Assembly (NCBI GenBank): GCA_964570195.1
Contig: CAZMWU010000001.1
Location: forward strand, 7,433 to 71,432
DNA: 64,000 nt
Direction: 5' to 3'
DNA from: an uncultured archaeon
Lineage (GTDB): Archaea > Aenigmatarchaeota > Aenigmatarchaeia > CG10238-14 > SCSR01
Shown here: piece after piece, positions 41,656 to 50,809 of the stretch
Layout: each line of letters starts with the position of its first letter
Numbering within the stretch: position 1 is the stretch's first letter
Notes under the pieces: model-generated
Told to the model about the DNA's origin: nothing
What the model saw: the letters and a program-made list of their open reading frames with translations, nothing else
Databases searched by the model: none
Program-made: the position numbers and the translations under genes

Positions 41656-42117
41656 ATGGCAAGAGTGTACTCGGGTAAAAAAGGGAAATCAGCTAGTCAC
41701 AGGCCTCCGTTTAAGTCTGTGCCAAATTGGGTAAAGCACAACAAGGAAGACGTTGAGAAGCTTGTGGTCGATTTGGCCAAGCAAAAATACACGTCAGCAA
41801 TGATAGGTACAATTTTAAGGGATTCTCATGGAATCCCTGATGCGACAGTGATCACTAATAAATCAGTAAGTAAGATAATGCGTGAAAATAAATCATATCC
41901 GGAATTTCCCGAAGATTTGATGTTTTTGTTGAGGAAAGCTGTAGAATTACGGAAGCATATGGCGACCAACAGGAAAGACAAGCATTCTCAGCGAGGTTTG
42001 GAGAATCTAGAGTCAAAAATAAGGCGGTTATCTAAATATTATGTAAGGACAGGAAAACTGCCTAAGACATGGAACTACAACCCAGAACAAGCCCGGTTGA
42101 TTGTAGAGAGATGGTGA
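41656..42117 (+). CDS. rps15: 30S ribosomal protein uS15 (S15/S13e)
   Basis: MAR..SGKKGKS, IG.ILRD.HGIP, PEDL and ESKIRRL.KYY motifs. Confidence 0.96.
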   Translation: MARVYSGKKGKSASHRPPFKSVPNWVKHNKEDVEKLVVDLAKQKYTSAMIGTILRDSHGIPDATVITNKSVSKIMRENKSYPEFPEDLMFLLRKAVELRKHMATNRKDKHSQRGLENLESKIRRLSKYYVRTGKLPKTWNYNPEQARLIVERW

Positions 42118-42122
42118 AGTAA

Positions 42123-42683
42123 ATGGTAGTCAAACTAAAAGGCAAGCAATGGTTCATGATTTTATCCCCAAAATATTTTGGTGAAAGAGAGATAGCCAAG
42201 ACAATATCAAGTACAGCAGAATCTTTGATAGGCAAGACAGTCAACCTCAGTGCTGTCGAATTGACAAATGACATCAACAAATATTATCTAAAATTAAAAT
42301 TCAAAATAAATTCAGTCAACGGTGATAAAGCATTTACTCAATTTTATGGCTCAGAATGTTTGCAGGATTATATATCTAGGATGGTTCTTCATAGGGTCAG
42401 GAGAATAGATTCGATACAGGACCTCGCAACTACCGACGGGATGAAGATACGCGTCAAAGGATTGACAATAGTTTCAAAAAAAGTTAAAAGTAGCATAGCA
42501 ATCAAGATAAGGGAGTTTGTATTGGAATTGATAAAGAAACAGGTAGAAGACTCCACTCTTGAGGAATTTCTGCAGAAAATGTTATCGAACGAACTTAAAA
42601 ATAAAATTCTCAGAGAAGGAAGAAGTATATACCCTATAAGAAATTTTGAAGTCAGAAAGATAGACGTTATCCAAGGCCATTAA
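42123..42683 (+). CDS. rps3ae: 30S ribosomal protein eS1 (S3Ae)
   Basis: K.WF.I.SP..FG..EI, T.DG..IR and IYPIR..EVRK motifs. Confidence 0.92.
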   Translation: MVVKLKGKQWFMILSPKYFGEREIAKTISSTAESLIGKTVNLSAVELTNDINKYYLKLKFKINSVNGDKAFTQFYGSECLQDYISRMVLHRVRRIDSIQDLATTDGMKIRVKGLTIVSKKVKSSIAIKIREFVLELIKKQVEDSTLEEFLQKMLSNELKNKILREGRSIYPIRNFEVRKIDVIQGH

Positions 42684-43839
42684 TCCAAGGTATACCAAAC
42701 AGATTGAACAGAAGAAGGCCAATCAATAAAATACTTGTCAGATTTATAATCAAAGTTCCTTTGTCTTTGAATATTTTTGTGAATATCTCGCCAAAAAACA
42801 ATCCGCCATCCAATGGTTTCACAGGCAAAAGATTCACAATGCCTACACCTGCGCTTATCATGAATAGCCAATTTAGGAATGACATCACAACAAAAAATGT
42901 TTTTAGGAAAGCTGACGGTACAATACCATTCAATCCAAATATATTATATTCGTAAGAATTCCGTATACTAACCCCAGCATATGACCTGTTTTGTATTTCG
43001 GGGTGTTCTTCCAGCACCAGTTTGTAGCTTCCTTTACCGGTTGTAATCAGAATCTCATCACCAGCTTTTGTGTTGTTCAGTGCTTTCACAAAATCTAATG
43101 TACTTTTAATTTCCACATCGTTAATTTTTTGTATGGTTCCTTCAAGATTCACCTTGTCTGCTGGTGAATCTTCACTTACAGAATCTATTACCACCCCCGA
43201 CGTGTCTGTGGCAGTACCGAATGCAAACACTCCAGAAATGAAGATTCCAATGGCTATAAGAGCAACAACAAAATTAGCGAAACTACCCGCAGCAAATATT
43301 CTTAATTTTTTCAAAATAGACAATCTTTTTATCCTATTGTTGTCAGGGTCGACGAATGCGCCTATCGGCAATAGCAACAGCATTAGTATGCCGTAATTCT
43401 TTACAGGAACCTTTTCCAACCTAATGAAAACAGCATGCATAGTTTCATGCGTAACGGCTATGATGAATATCGCAATCAGCCAATACCAAAATGGCACAGA
43501 AAATACAGGTCCCGGTATCTGATACCCACCCGCAGTTGGTAAAACCAAACCAAATGTTTGTTGTAATTTTACTGTTAAAACAATCAAAAGAATTGTCCCA
43601 GCGATACCAGTCAATACTCCTAATCCTACACCAATATTCCCCATTCTTGTTATGAATTTAGGATATCGCTTAACCAGCTTGTCAATCAGTTCCAAACCTT
43701 TCGTCCATCTTCTGACGATTATTCCATAGTGAAAATTAATGTTCTTCCTGTCTTTCAGTAACAGACTACCAATGACAGCGACAAATATCAGTAGAGACAA
43801 TATTTCAAAATTTACCATAACATCATTATTCTGTTTCAA
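42667..43839 (-). CDS. Site-2 protease (M50) with PDZ domain
   Basis: HETMH, GAFVDPD, AGS.AN, SPA (PDZ) and NLLPVKPLDGG motifs. Confidence 0.92.
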   Translation of the reverse strand: MKQNNDVMVNFEILSLLIFVAVIGSLLLKDRKNINFHYGIIVRRWTKGLELIDKLVKRYPKFITRMGNIGVGLGVLTGIAGTILLIVLTVKLQQTFGLVLPTAGGYQIPGPVFSVPFWYWLIAIFIIAVTHETMHAVFIRLEKVPVKNYGILMLLLLPIGAFVDPDNNRIKRLSILKKLRIFAAGSFANFVVALIAIGIFISGVFAFGTATDTSGVVIDSVSEDSPADKVNLEGTIQKINDVEIKSTLDFVKALNNTKAGDEILITTGKGSYKLVLEEHPEIQNRSYAGVSIRNSYEYNIFGLNGIVPSAFLKTFFVVMSFLNWLFMISAGVGIVNLLPVKPLDGGLFFGEIFTKIFKDKGTLIINLTSILLIGLLLFNLFGIPWINGLG

Positions 43840-43857
43840 TGCTTTTTAACTTTCTAA

Positions 43858-43943
43858 TGCAGGGGGTGAGATTCGAACTCACGAAGGTACTAAACCATCG
43901 ACCCCTGAAGCCGACGCAATTGACCAGACTATGCGACCCCTGC
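43858..43943 (-). tRNA. trnL: tRNA-Leu(CAG), intronless, CCA not encoded
   Basis: Acceptor stem GCAGGGG/CCCCTGC; anticodon arm TCGGC-TTCAGGG-GTCGA; long variable arm; T arm GTGAG-TTCGAAT-CTCAC. Confidence 0.95.
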
Positions 43944-43986
43944 AAATCAATACGGATTTCTATATAATTTAAAATTTATTTAGAAA

Positions 43987-44283
43987 TTAAGAAACAGCTA
44001 CACCGACTTTTTCTCGAGTCTCATCCAATAATGATTCTTCATTTGCTACACAAAGTAGTGAACCTATAGGATATTTCCACAGAATAGGCGGTGGAGTTTT
44101 TGTAGTATGATTTTGTGGATCCAAGAACAAATAGGGTTGCAATGTTCTATCCCCAGTGTAAGTCCCCACACCATAAAAACTACCTCTTTTTGTTCGACCG
44201 TCATTTAAAGTAATAAGAATTTGAGCACCAAGTGGAATTCTATCAATGATTAGAGCTACTTTACGTGTATGTTGATACCCCAT
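43987..44283 (-). CDS. Hypothetical protein, possible Sm/LSm-like barrel
   Basis: ILITLNDGRTKRGSFYG resembles the Sm1 motif. Confidence 0.45.
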   Translation of the reverse strand: MGYQHTRKVALIIDRIPLGAQILITLNDGRTKRGSFYGVGTYTGDRTLQPYLFLDPQNHTTKTPPPILWKYPIGSLLCVANEESLLDETREKVGVAVS

Positions 44284-44313
44284 AAAATTTCTATTATTGT
44301 TTTATTCTTACAA

Positions 44314-45153
44314 CTATTTAAAATTTACATCCATAACAATCTTCCACATCTTATTTCCATAAGGTAAAACTTTCCTCTTCTCTACGGCTTTCACACTTTT
44401 GTTAGATTTTTTACCAATAGACATAACTAATTTCTCTGCTTCAGAGAATAAGGATTTTTCATTCCCTATGGTGTAAAAATGAATAACACCTTTTTTATTA
44501 GCCATTTTAAATGCATTGTCCAAGTATTTTTCTGCTCCGATTGCCATAGGCATGACTATTCTATCAAACTTTACATCAAAATTCAAATTTTTGACATCAC
44601 CGTTTATCAAAACAATCTTATGTGCTAGTTTATTTATTCGAACATTCTCTTGCGCATAGCGATGAGCACCTGGATTTATTTCGATGCAATATACCTTGTT
44701 AACTTCGGGTCGTTTTTTAGCAATACATATGGCATATGGTGCAACACCACTAAACATGACTAGAACATTCTCGCCGGATTTTACCTGTGATGCGATTCTC
44801 TGCCTTTCGGTAGCTTCTCTTGGCGAGAAGAAAACTTTTTGAGGATCCAATTTCAACAAATAACCATGTTCTTTATGCACAACTTCTGTATCTTTCTCAC
44901 CCGCTATTAACTCCAACTCTTCTAACCTGTACGTTCCTTTCCTTCCGGATACTTTGTTCAAAACAGACTTAACATTTTTATTTAGTTTCATTAGAGCTTC
45001 AGCAATGAGTTTCTTTTTGTTTTTCAACTCTTCAGGTATATCAATTACAGCAACAGCTTTCTCTTCAGATCCTATAACATCATAGCTTCTTGGAACCAAC
45101 TCCAACTCTTCATCGGTTAATTCACCTTGCAGCAAATCCGCAATCGGTCTCAT
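44314..45153 (-). CDS. trm5: tRNA (guanine37-N1) methyltransferase Trm5/Met10+ family
   Basis: KVFFSPR.ATER.R, MFSGV.PY, EINP and DRIVM motifs. Confidence 0.85.
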   Translation of the reverse strand: MRPIADLLQGELTDEELELVPRSYDVIGSEEKAVAVIDIPEELKNKKKLIAEALMKLNKNVKSVLNKVSGRKGTYRLEELELIAGEKDTEVVHKEHGYLLKLDPQKVFFSPREATERQRIASQVKSGENVLVMFSGVAPYAICIAKKRPEVNKVYCIEINPGAHRYAQENVRINKLAHKIVLINGDVKNLNFDVKFDRIVMPMAIGAEKYLDNAFKMANKKGVIHFYTIGNEKSLFSEAEKLVMSIGKKSNKSVKAVEKRKVLPYGNKMWKIVMDVNFK

Positions 45154-45518
45154 GGAATAATAATGTCAATTAACTTTAAAATCAGTTGGCCAATGAAATT
45201 GGAAGTCCAATTGAAGGAATCTATTGCAAGTTTTGCGCCTAGTTTCAAAAATCGGAAGTCAAAATGGTCACTAGGAAAGAAAGTCTTTGTTCCGAAATAA
45301 TAGAGCAGACTAATGATAAATAAAGTTGCGAAAAATCTGCCGACAAGTCCACCAACAAATTTCAGGGTGGGGTTTTCTGAATAGATGTATAAAATCAATC
45401 CTGGAAGGGCCAGTATAAGATACAGTGGCAACTCAGCACCAAATATATAAAATGTTATTATAACGCCAACCACACCAAACAAAAACCACACTAAATACTG
45501 GATAGCTACTTCCCGCAT
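45150..45518 (-). CDS. Hypothetical membrane protein
   Basis: Three hydrophobic helices; ATGA overlap with trm5. Confidence 0.6.
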   Translation of the reverse strand: MREVAIQYLVWFLFGVVGVIITFYIFGAELPLYLILALPGLILYIYSENPTLKFVGGLVGRFFATLFIISLLYYFGTKTFFPSDHFDFRFLKLGAKLAIDSFNWTSNFIGQLILKLIDIIIP

Positions 45519-45621
45519 AGTTTATCATTTTCTATTATAAGAATAAGAAATCTTGGTTCTTTTGTGAAATATATAATAAAGGACAATAATGCTTATATAT
45601 TGTCACTCTAAGGTAGTAAAT

Positions 45622-45927
45622 ATGAGTGCTATAACAGCTTATGCAAATCGAAGAAACGTATTTGATACAGGAAGTCTTGATCCTTATTTACAGCAAGCGC
45701 AACCTAGAAAGCCGATAATTCCTGAATGGGCGACTAATCAAGTAGATAAGTATGCAACTCGTACTGCAACTGCAACCTCTTTAGCTACCGCAGGATATGC
45801 TCTGGGAAGCGGTTTAACATTAGGAGCTGCTGCAACTGGTCTTATTGGTTTGGGTATATTCGGTTTTCTATTCGGTGGGTTAGCTAGAGCTGGTTATAAC
45901 CTACTTAGACACTACAAGATTTTTTAA
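45622..45927 (+). CDS. Orphan with Gly/Ala-rich (glycine-zipper-like) hydrophobic C-terminus
   Basis: AGYALGSGLTLGAAATGLIGLGIFGFLFGGL. Confidence 0.6.
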   Translation: MSAITAYANRRNVFDTGSLDPYLQQAQPRKPIIPEWATNQVDKYATRTATATSLATAGYALGSGLTLGAAATGLIGLGIFGFLFGGLARAGYNLLRHYKIF

Positions 45928-45957
45928 ATTTCATAAATGCTTTCATGAGATGATAAA

Positions 45958-46464
45958 ATGGTAATGCAACAAATCCAGAATTTAGAACCGTGGGCTAGAA
46001 GAACTTTGGGAACAGGCTTAGGCACAGGCCTAGCGAAAACAATTATGTCCTCTCAAGATGGATTTAGACATGCTGTAAGAGAAGGAGGTGAACTTGCTAT
46101 TTTAGGCGGGTTTACAGGGTACTTATTTCCTTACATAGTAAACGGTGTGAGAACTGTTTATAATAACACTTATGAAGCTTTTAGAACCCCCCAAACACTT
46201 GGAACTGTATCGCGCTCGGTTACGAGAAATTGGAATTTACTTAGGACAACAACATCTGGGTATTTAGTCGAAACAATTTATTCATTAGTGAACACACCAC
46301 AAATAGGAGAAATAAATGATTTTAGAAATCATTTGGTAACCCATGGATGGAGAGGTGCTGTCATAGGCTTAGGTATTTCTTCACTCCCGCTAGTTGCTTA
46401 TGGCGTTAGACGACAAATCGTAGAGCGTGCTTACAATTTCGGTCGTACACGTGGTTGGTGGTAA
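45958..46464 (+). CDS. Arg-rich orphan with GxxxG segments
   Basis: LGTGLGTGL, AILGGFTG and GAVIGLG segments; 1 Lys vs 16 Arg. Confidence 0.6.
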   Translation: MVMQQIQNLEPWARRTLGTGLGTGLAKTIMSSQDGFRHAVREGGELAILGGFTGYLFPYIVNGVRTVYNNTYEAFRTPQTLGTVSRSVTRNWNLLRTTTSGYLVETIYSLVNTPQIGEINDFRNHLVTHGWRGAVIGLGISSLPLVAYGVRRQIVERAYNFGRTRGWW

Positions 46465-46493
46465 GTTTTATTTTTATACTCTAAATTCTGTTT

Positions 46494-47246
46494 ATGAGTT
46501 TAACGTTGATTGGTTTAGGTCTATTCGATGAAAAGGATTTATCATTAAGAGCTATAGAAGAATCTAAAAAATCTGATAGAGTCTACATCGAGCTCTACAC
46601 AAGCAAATGGTATGGTGATTTGAATAATTTAGAAAAGTTAATTGGCAAAAAAATAATTGAATTAAGAAGAAAAGATTTGGAAGAAAATTCTGGAAAAATC
46701 ACAAAAGAATCTAAAAATGGCAAAGTTATAATTTTTGTCCAAGGTGATCCCCTAGTTCAGACTACACATGCATCTCTACTCTTAGAAGCGAGAAAACTTG
46801 GAATAGAAACAAAAATTATACATAATTCTTCTATCTTGTCTGCAATCGGAGAAACTGGTTTGCATGCTCAGAAATTCGGTCCTTATGTTACAATACCGTT
46901 CCCAGAAAAAACTAAAGGCAAACTACCAGAATCTGTCTTCGAAGTTATTAGAGAAAATAAAAAAAGAGGATTGCACACATTATGTCTTTTGGATGTGATA
47001 GCCGAAGAAAACAAATATATGCTAGTCAACGAAGGTTTGGACATTCTATTACAAGGAGAAGTAACTGATAAAGACGAGCAAGTTATCATTTTTGCTAAAT
47101 CAGGTAGTGGAGACCCTAAAATAGTTTTCGATAAAGCCAGCAATTTAGTTACGAGTGATATATCGGATATACCGGCTGTAATAATAATTCCAGGAAAGCT
47201 TCATTTCACAGAAAAAGAATATTTAGAATTGATTAAAAATGGTTAG
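46494..47246 (+). CDS. dph5: Diphthine synthase
   Basis: LIGLGL, E.YTS, GDPL..TTH, GL..QKFG and GLHTLCLLD motifs. Confidence 0.95.
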   Translation: MSLTLIGLGLFDEKDLSLRAIEESKKSDRVYIELYTSKWYGDLNNLEKLIGKKIIELRRKDLEENSGKITKESKNGKVIIFVQGDPLVQTTHASLLLEARKLGIETKIIHNSSILSAIGETGLHAQKFGPYVTIPFPEKTKGKLPESVFEVIRENKKRGLHTLCLLDVIAEENKYMLVNEGLDILLQGEVTDKDEQVIIFAKSGSGDPKIVFDKASNLVTSDISDIPAVIIIPGKLHFTEKEYLELIKNG

Positions 47247-47817
47247 ATTAACAGCATTCTCATTGGTTTGGTTATTGTTCTTTTTCATACCTCTGTTTTT
47301 AAGCATCTATGATAACAGAATGTTTTTCCTACCAATAGTATTTCTTATGTCTGAAGTATGGAGGGTATGGACTCATTTCATTGGTGGTGAATGGGTACCA
47401 ACACCGCAAAGGATTGTTGACAAAATGTTGAAAATAGCTAAAGTCAATAAGAACGATACTGTTTATGATTTGGGTTCGGGTGATGGTAAAATCGTTTTAG
47501 CTGCAGCGAAGGTCGGTTCAAAAAGCATAGGCGTGGAAATAGATCCTATAAGAGTTTTGATCAGCAGAATTAAAATAAAATTATCTAGGTTAGACAAACT
47601 GACAGAGGTTGTTCGAAAAAATATATTCGAGACTAATATAAAAGATGCCGATGTTATTACATTGTTTTTGTTACCCAAAACTATGGAAAAACTAGAGAAC
47701 AAGTTAAGAAAAGAACTAAGAAAAGGAGCGAGAGTAGTTTCTTACAGATTTGTTTTTAAGAATTGGAAACCTGTGAAGATAGATGGAGAAAATAAGATTT
47801 ACCTGTACAAAGTTTAA
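47239..47817 (+). CDS. Membrane-anchored SAM methyltransferase (FAM173/DOT1-like)
   Basis: WVPTP, YDLGSGDG and GARVVS..F motifs. Confidence 0.8.
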   Translation: MVRLTAFSLVWLLFFFIPLFLSIYDNRMFFLPIVFLMSEVWRVWTHFIGGEWVPTPQRIVDKMLKIAKVNKNDTVYDLGSGDGKIVLAAAKVGSKSIGVEIDPIRVLISRIKIKLSRLDKLTEVVRKNIFETNIKDADVITLFLLPKTMEKLENKLRKELRKGARVVSYRFVFKNWKPVKIDGENKIYLYKV

Positions 47818-48416
47818 GCTCTAGCGGTAGCTAAAGCTGATCTGTAGTTCTGTGCTCCTCTTAAAAATGAGTCAATCATACCAGCTAAATTCCTGACGAT
47901 GTATGAAGGATTAATTAGAGATTTTTCTCCATGGTCGCTAGCCATTTGCTTTGCACCAGCTCTATAAAGTCCATATCCGTCTTTAGTCTTTCCCTGAATT
48001 CTTTCAGTGTAAAATGATGCTACACCCTCTACTACCGGCTTTAACAATACCAAACCTAGTATCCCATATCTTTCTAAACCTCTTGAATATGCTTTTATGC
48101 TACCAGTCTGGTTTTGCACATCATGAACTACCTCATGCACACCAGCTTCTTCTCCGAATTCAGGATCACTTTCTAAAGTACTAGCATTTAGAGTGAGTAC
48201 TTGATCGTCAGGGGAATACATACCGCCTATATGAGGATCCAACCTTTCAATAGAATACTTTCTGACGCTAGGTCTCCTGCCAAAATAACTTCTCACTTTT
48301 CTGATTCCGCTGGCCAAATAATTGAGACCCCTGCTAACAATATTTGGGTTGATACCTCTGTAATCTATTGGTGCATCCAATTCTTCTTCCATGCTTCTTA
48401 TACCTTCGTCGCTCAT
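47814..48416 (-). CDS. Putative zinc metallopeptidase (gluzincin-like)
   Basis: GGMY...HEVVH...VEGVA. Confidence 0.65.
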   Translation of the reverse strand: MSDEGIRSMEEELDAPIDYRGINPNIVSRGLNYLASGIRKVRSYFGRRPSVRKYSIERLDPHIGGMYSPDDQVLTLNASTLESDPEFGEEAGVHEVVHDVQNQTGSIKAYSRGLERYGILGLVLLKPVVEGVASFYTERIQGKTKDGYGLYRAGAKQMASDHGEKSLINPSYIVRNLAGMIDSFLRGAQNYRSALATARA

Positions 48417-48491
48417 ATTTACTATCTCTTATTCAGCTCATTTAAAGATATGTGTATACACTGAGAAGTAGTGACAGTGAGAAGCTATTTA

Positions 48492-49103
48492 TTACGGTTT
48501 TCTACCAAACAAGAAAACTATCAAAGCAAGCCCCGTCACCAGAAAAATTATCGACAATGTAGTTATGTCCAAACCACCAATCGAGCTAAATAGTTGAGTA
48601 GGTGCTATCTTTAATCCTGGAAATATCGCAGTCCCACCACTTGATATGAAGACACCAACAACTATCAATGCAACGAAAGCCAGAAGCAACCACAATACGT
48701 TGCCCTTAAAAATGTCGTTCCACATATCTGGAAGAATTCCCCCTATCATAGATACAAGAACTATCAAGACAATAAAAGTCAGAATTACTGCTACAGCTCC
48801 TCCAAAAAACTGGGCTAAAAATTGACTGAACGTTATGCCGGCAGGAGTGTAAACCATGATAAATCCAGCAGCCGTCAAAGCTACCACAACAGCAATTCCC
48901 CTTTGTTCACCAAATAATTTTGTTCTAGTCAACAGTCCAAAGAAAACAGCGAAAACTATAATAAAAGGAAGATAAAATTCAAAAACACCAATCTCCTTAA
49001 GTGTGCTTACCACATCTTGAAACCCTTGAGATAATGCAACTGAAGAAAATATCAAAACACTAAAAACAAAACCCAAACCAACTTTAGAAATATCGGCTCT
49101 CAT
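48492..49103 (-). CDS. Membrane protein, paralog 4 of the LPF...(K/R)TK(L/V)(F/L)G(E/D) family
   Basis: EIGVFEFYLPFIIVFAVFFGLLTRTKLFGE; several TM helices. Confidence 0.8.
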   Translation of the reverse strand: MRADISKVGLGFVFSVLIFSSVALSQGFQDVVSTLKEIGVFEFYLPFIIVFAVFFGLLTRTKLFGEQRGIAVVVALTAAGFIMVYTPAGITFSQFLAQFFGGAVAVILTFIVLIVLVSMIGGILPDMWNDIFKGNVLWLLLAFVALIVVGVFISSGGTAIFPGLKIAPTQLFSSIGGLDITTLSIIFLVTGLALIVFLFGRKP

Positions 49104-49144
49104 TTTCAACTAACTCATATTTATTTTCCAAAGATTTAAACATG

Positions 49145-49684
49145 TCACTTGGCCGCTCGGACTATCACAGCTATAATTCCCACCAACGCTATCAACGCCA
49201 CCACAGACAATACCAGGTCTGATGAAAAGCTTATTCCTATTCCTTTCGGAAACAAAACTGTAGCAAGCCCACTAGAAACCAAAATCACACCCCCCACAAT
49301 CAGTGCGACAACAATAACTCCCCCCCAGAAAACCGGTGCTTTCATCCTATCACCCAAATTTTTGGCCAAATCTGGCGGGAAGAACATCCCAGCTAAAACC
49401 AATGCTATCAATACAATCAAAGATACGCTGAATCCTTGGACGAAGAATGCCGATAGCTTCGTCTCTATGTCAATCCCTAGAATTATCGGCGCAGCCCATA
49501 CGAACAAGCTGATGACAAAAGCAACAATAGCATTAACAGCGACATTCTTTTCAGGTTCCCCAAACAATTGCGCTCTTCTCAAGCCGCCATAGATTATCGC
49601 TGCCGTCAGAATGAACGGCAATAAGAAATTGAAAAATCCCAGTCCCTGCAGTTTCAATATTGCTATTTCAAAAACTGTAGGCAT
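49145..49684 (-). CDS. Membrane protein, paralog 3
   Basis: LGFFNFLLPFILTAAIIYGGLRRAQLFGE. Confidence 0.8.
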   Translation of the reverse strand: MPTVFEIAILKLQGLGFFNFLLPFILTAAIIYGGLRRAQLFGEPEKNVAVNAIVAFVISLFVWAAPIILGIDIETKLSAFFVQGFSVSLIVLIALVLAGMFFPPDLAKNLGDRMKAPVFWGGVIVVALIVGGVILVSSGLATVLFPKGIGISFSSDLVLSVVALIALVGIIAVIVRAAK

Positions 49685-50223
49685 TACTTGACCTCCTTAC
49701 CCATAGACATCGAGACAATCAATAATATGATAAGTATTACAAAAATAGCAACTGTTACTGTCATCAGTTCGGCAGGTACTTTAATTGCTTTGAGCAGACT
49801 TTTGAAAGGATTTCCGATAATTGAGAATAGTCCGGCAGACACAGCAAAAGCTATAGTAGCCCATACAATCCATGCAGCCGGTCCGCCGCCTTTAAAAACA
49901 TCAGGCAATTTTTCAATTATGTTCGGGTAGAAGAAACTAGCTATAAGGAATGCTACCAAAACAACCACTAAAACTATGGCGCCCTGCGTTAAAAATGCTG
50001 TCAGTGCAGGTACTATGCTTGTTCCCAAGATTACCGGTACACCGAAAACAAACATCCCGGCAACAACAGAAATGATCCCATGAATTACAACCGATTCACC
50101 AAGGACCTTTGTTTTCCTCAACACTGCATAAAGTACTGTCGTGAACAATATGAAAGGCAGTAAGAAATTATAGAATCCTATCTCAACTAGCCTCTCAACG
50201 GCAACCTGAAAGATGTTAACCAT
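49684..50223 (-). CDS. Membrane protein, paralog 2
   Basis: EIGFYNFLLPFILFTTVLYAVLRKTKVLGE. Confidence 0.8.
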   Translation of the reverse strand: MVNIFQVAVERLVEIGFYNFLLPFILFTTVLYAVLRKTKVLGESVVIHGIISVVAGMFVFGVPVILGTSIVPALTAFLTQGAIVLVVVLVAFLIASFFYPNIIEKLPDVFKGGGPAAWIVWATIAFAVSAGLFSIIGNPFKSLLKAIKVPAELMTVTVAIFVILIILLIVSMSMGKEVK

Positions 50224-50234
50224 TCTATCTTTCA

Positions 50235-50808
50235 ATAATTTGTTTTAGTAAAAATTTAAACATGGTAGTTACCTTTTGTACTTAACCCTCAAATAATCTT
50301 CGAGTTGTTTAATTTCATCATCTTTCTGTTTAAGCTGTTTAAGCAAGTCCATTTTTTTTCCTGTGCTTACAAAGACACCGCCAGAATAGTATTTCTTTAG
50401 CAACTTTGCTCTTTCTTCTGTTAAAGATTTTAATTTCTGTTCGTTACCCTGCAAACTTTTAGCTATGTTTGCACCTTTTCCGATTAATGCCCAAAAGAAC
50501 AGGACTGTAATTCCGCCCAAGGAGATAACAGTCCCAGCAACTCCTATCTGAAACAAATAAGATGCAAGGAACTGAAAAATACCACCAGGGTTTATAGCAT
50601 AAATCATTACCGTAAGTCCAAGTGAAACCAGAACGTAAACAAAAGGATTGTCACCTAAAACTTTCGTTTTTTTGATTGCAAACAGGAGCACAGTAAAAAT
50701 TATCAGAAAAGGAATCACGAAAGTTATCAACATGTTCGTTAAATTCGGTGAAAGAAGATTCTCTATGGGAAAAGCCATATTATCTAACTATAATTTGCTT
50801 TAGTAAAA
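50235..50808 (-). promoter_or_regulatory. Duplicated 19-bp upstream element of membrane paralogs 1 and 2
   Basis: ataatttg(t/c)tttagtaaaa at 50235-50253 and 50790-50808 (18/19 identical), each 11 nt from the ATG and next to a TTTAAA/CTTAAG box. Confidence 0.6.
50269..50778 (-). CDS. Membrane protein, paralog 1, with C-terminal coiled coil
   Basis: FVIPFLIIFTVLLFAIKKTKVLGD; charged helical tail. Confidence 0.78.
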   Translation of the reverse strand: MAFPIENLLSPNLTNMLITFVIPFLIIFTVLLFAIKKTKVLGDNPFVYVLVSLGLTVMIYAINPGGIFQFLASYLFQIGVAGTVISLGGITVLFFWALIGKGANIAKSLQGNEQKLKSLTEERAKLLKKYYSGGVFVSTGKKMDLLKQLKQKDDEIKQLEDYLRVKYKR

Positions 50809-50809
50809 C

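Noticed and set aside
38199..42683. Histone-RPA-RadA and Bud32-uS15-eS1 clustering as a novel system
   Set aside because: Ordinary archaeal housekeeping neighbourhoods
43858..43943. Possible tRNA-Sec (TTCA in the anticodon loop)
   Set aside because: The stem register places CAG at 34-36; the 7-bp acceptor stem and A discriminator fit Leu
43840..48500. Integrated element at tRNA-Leu
   Set aside because: No integrase and no duplicated tRNA 3' end seen; orphans are interspersed with housekeeping genes
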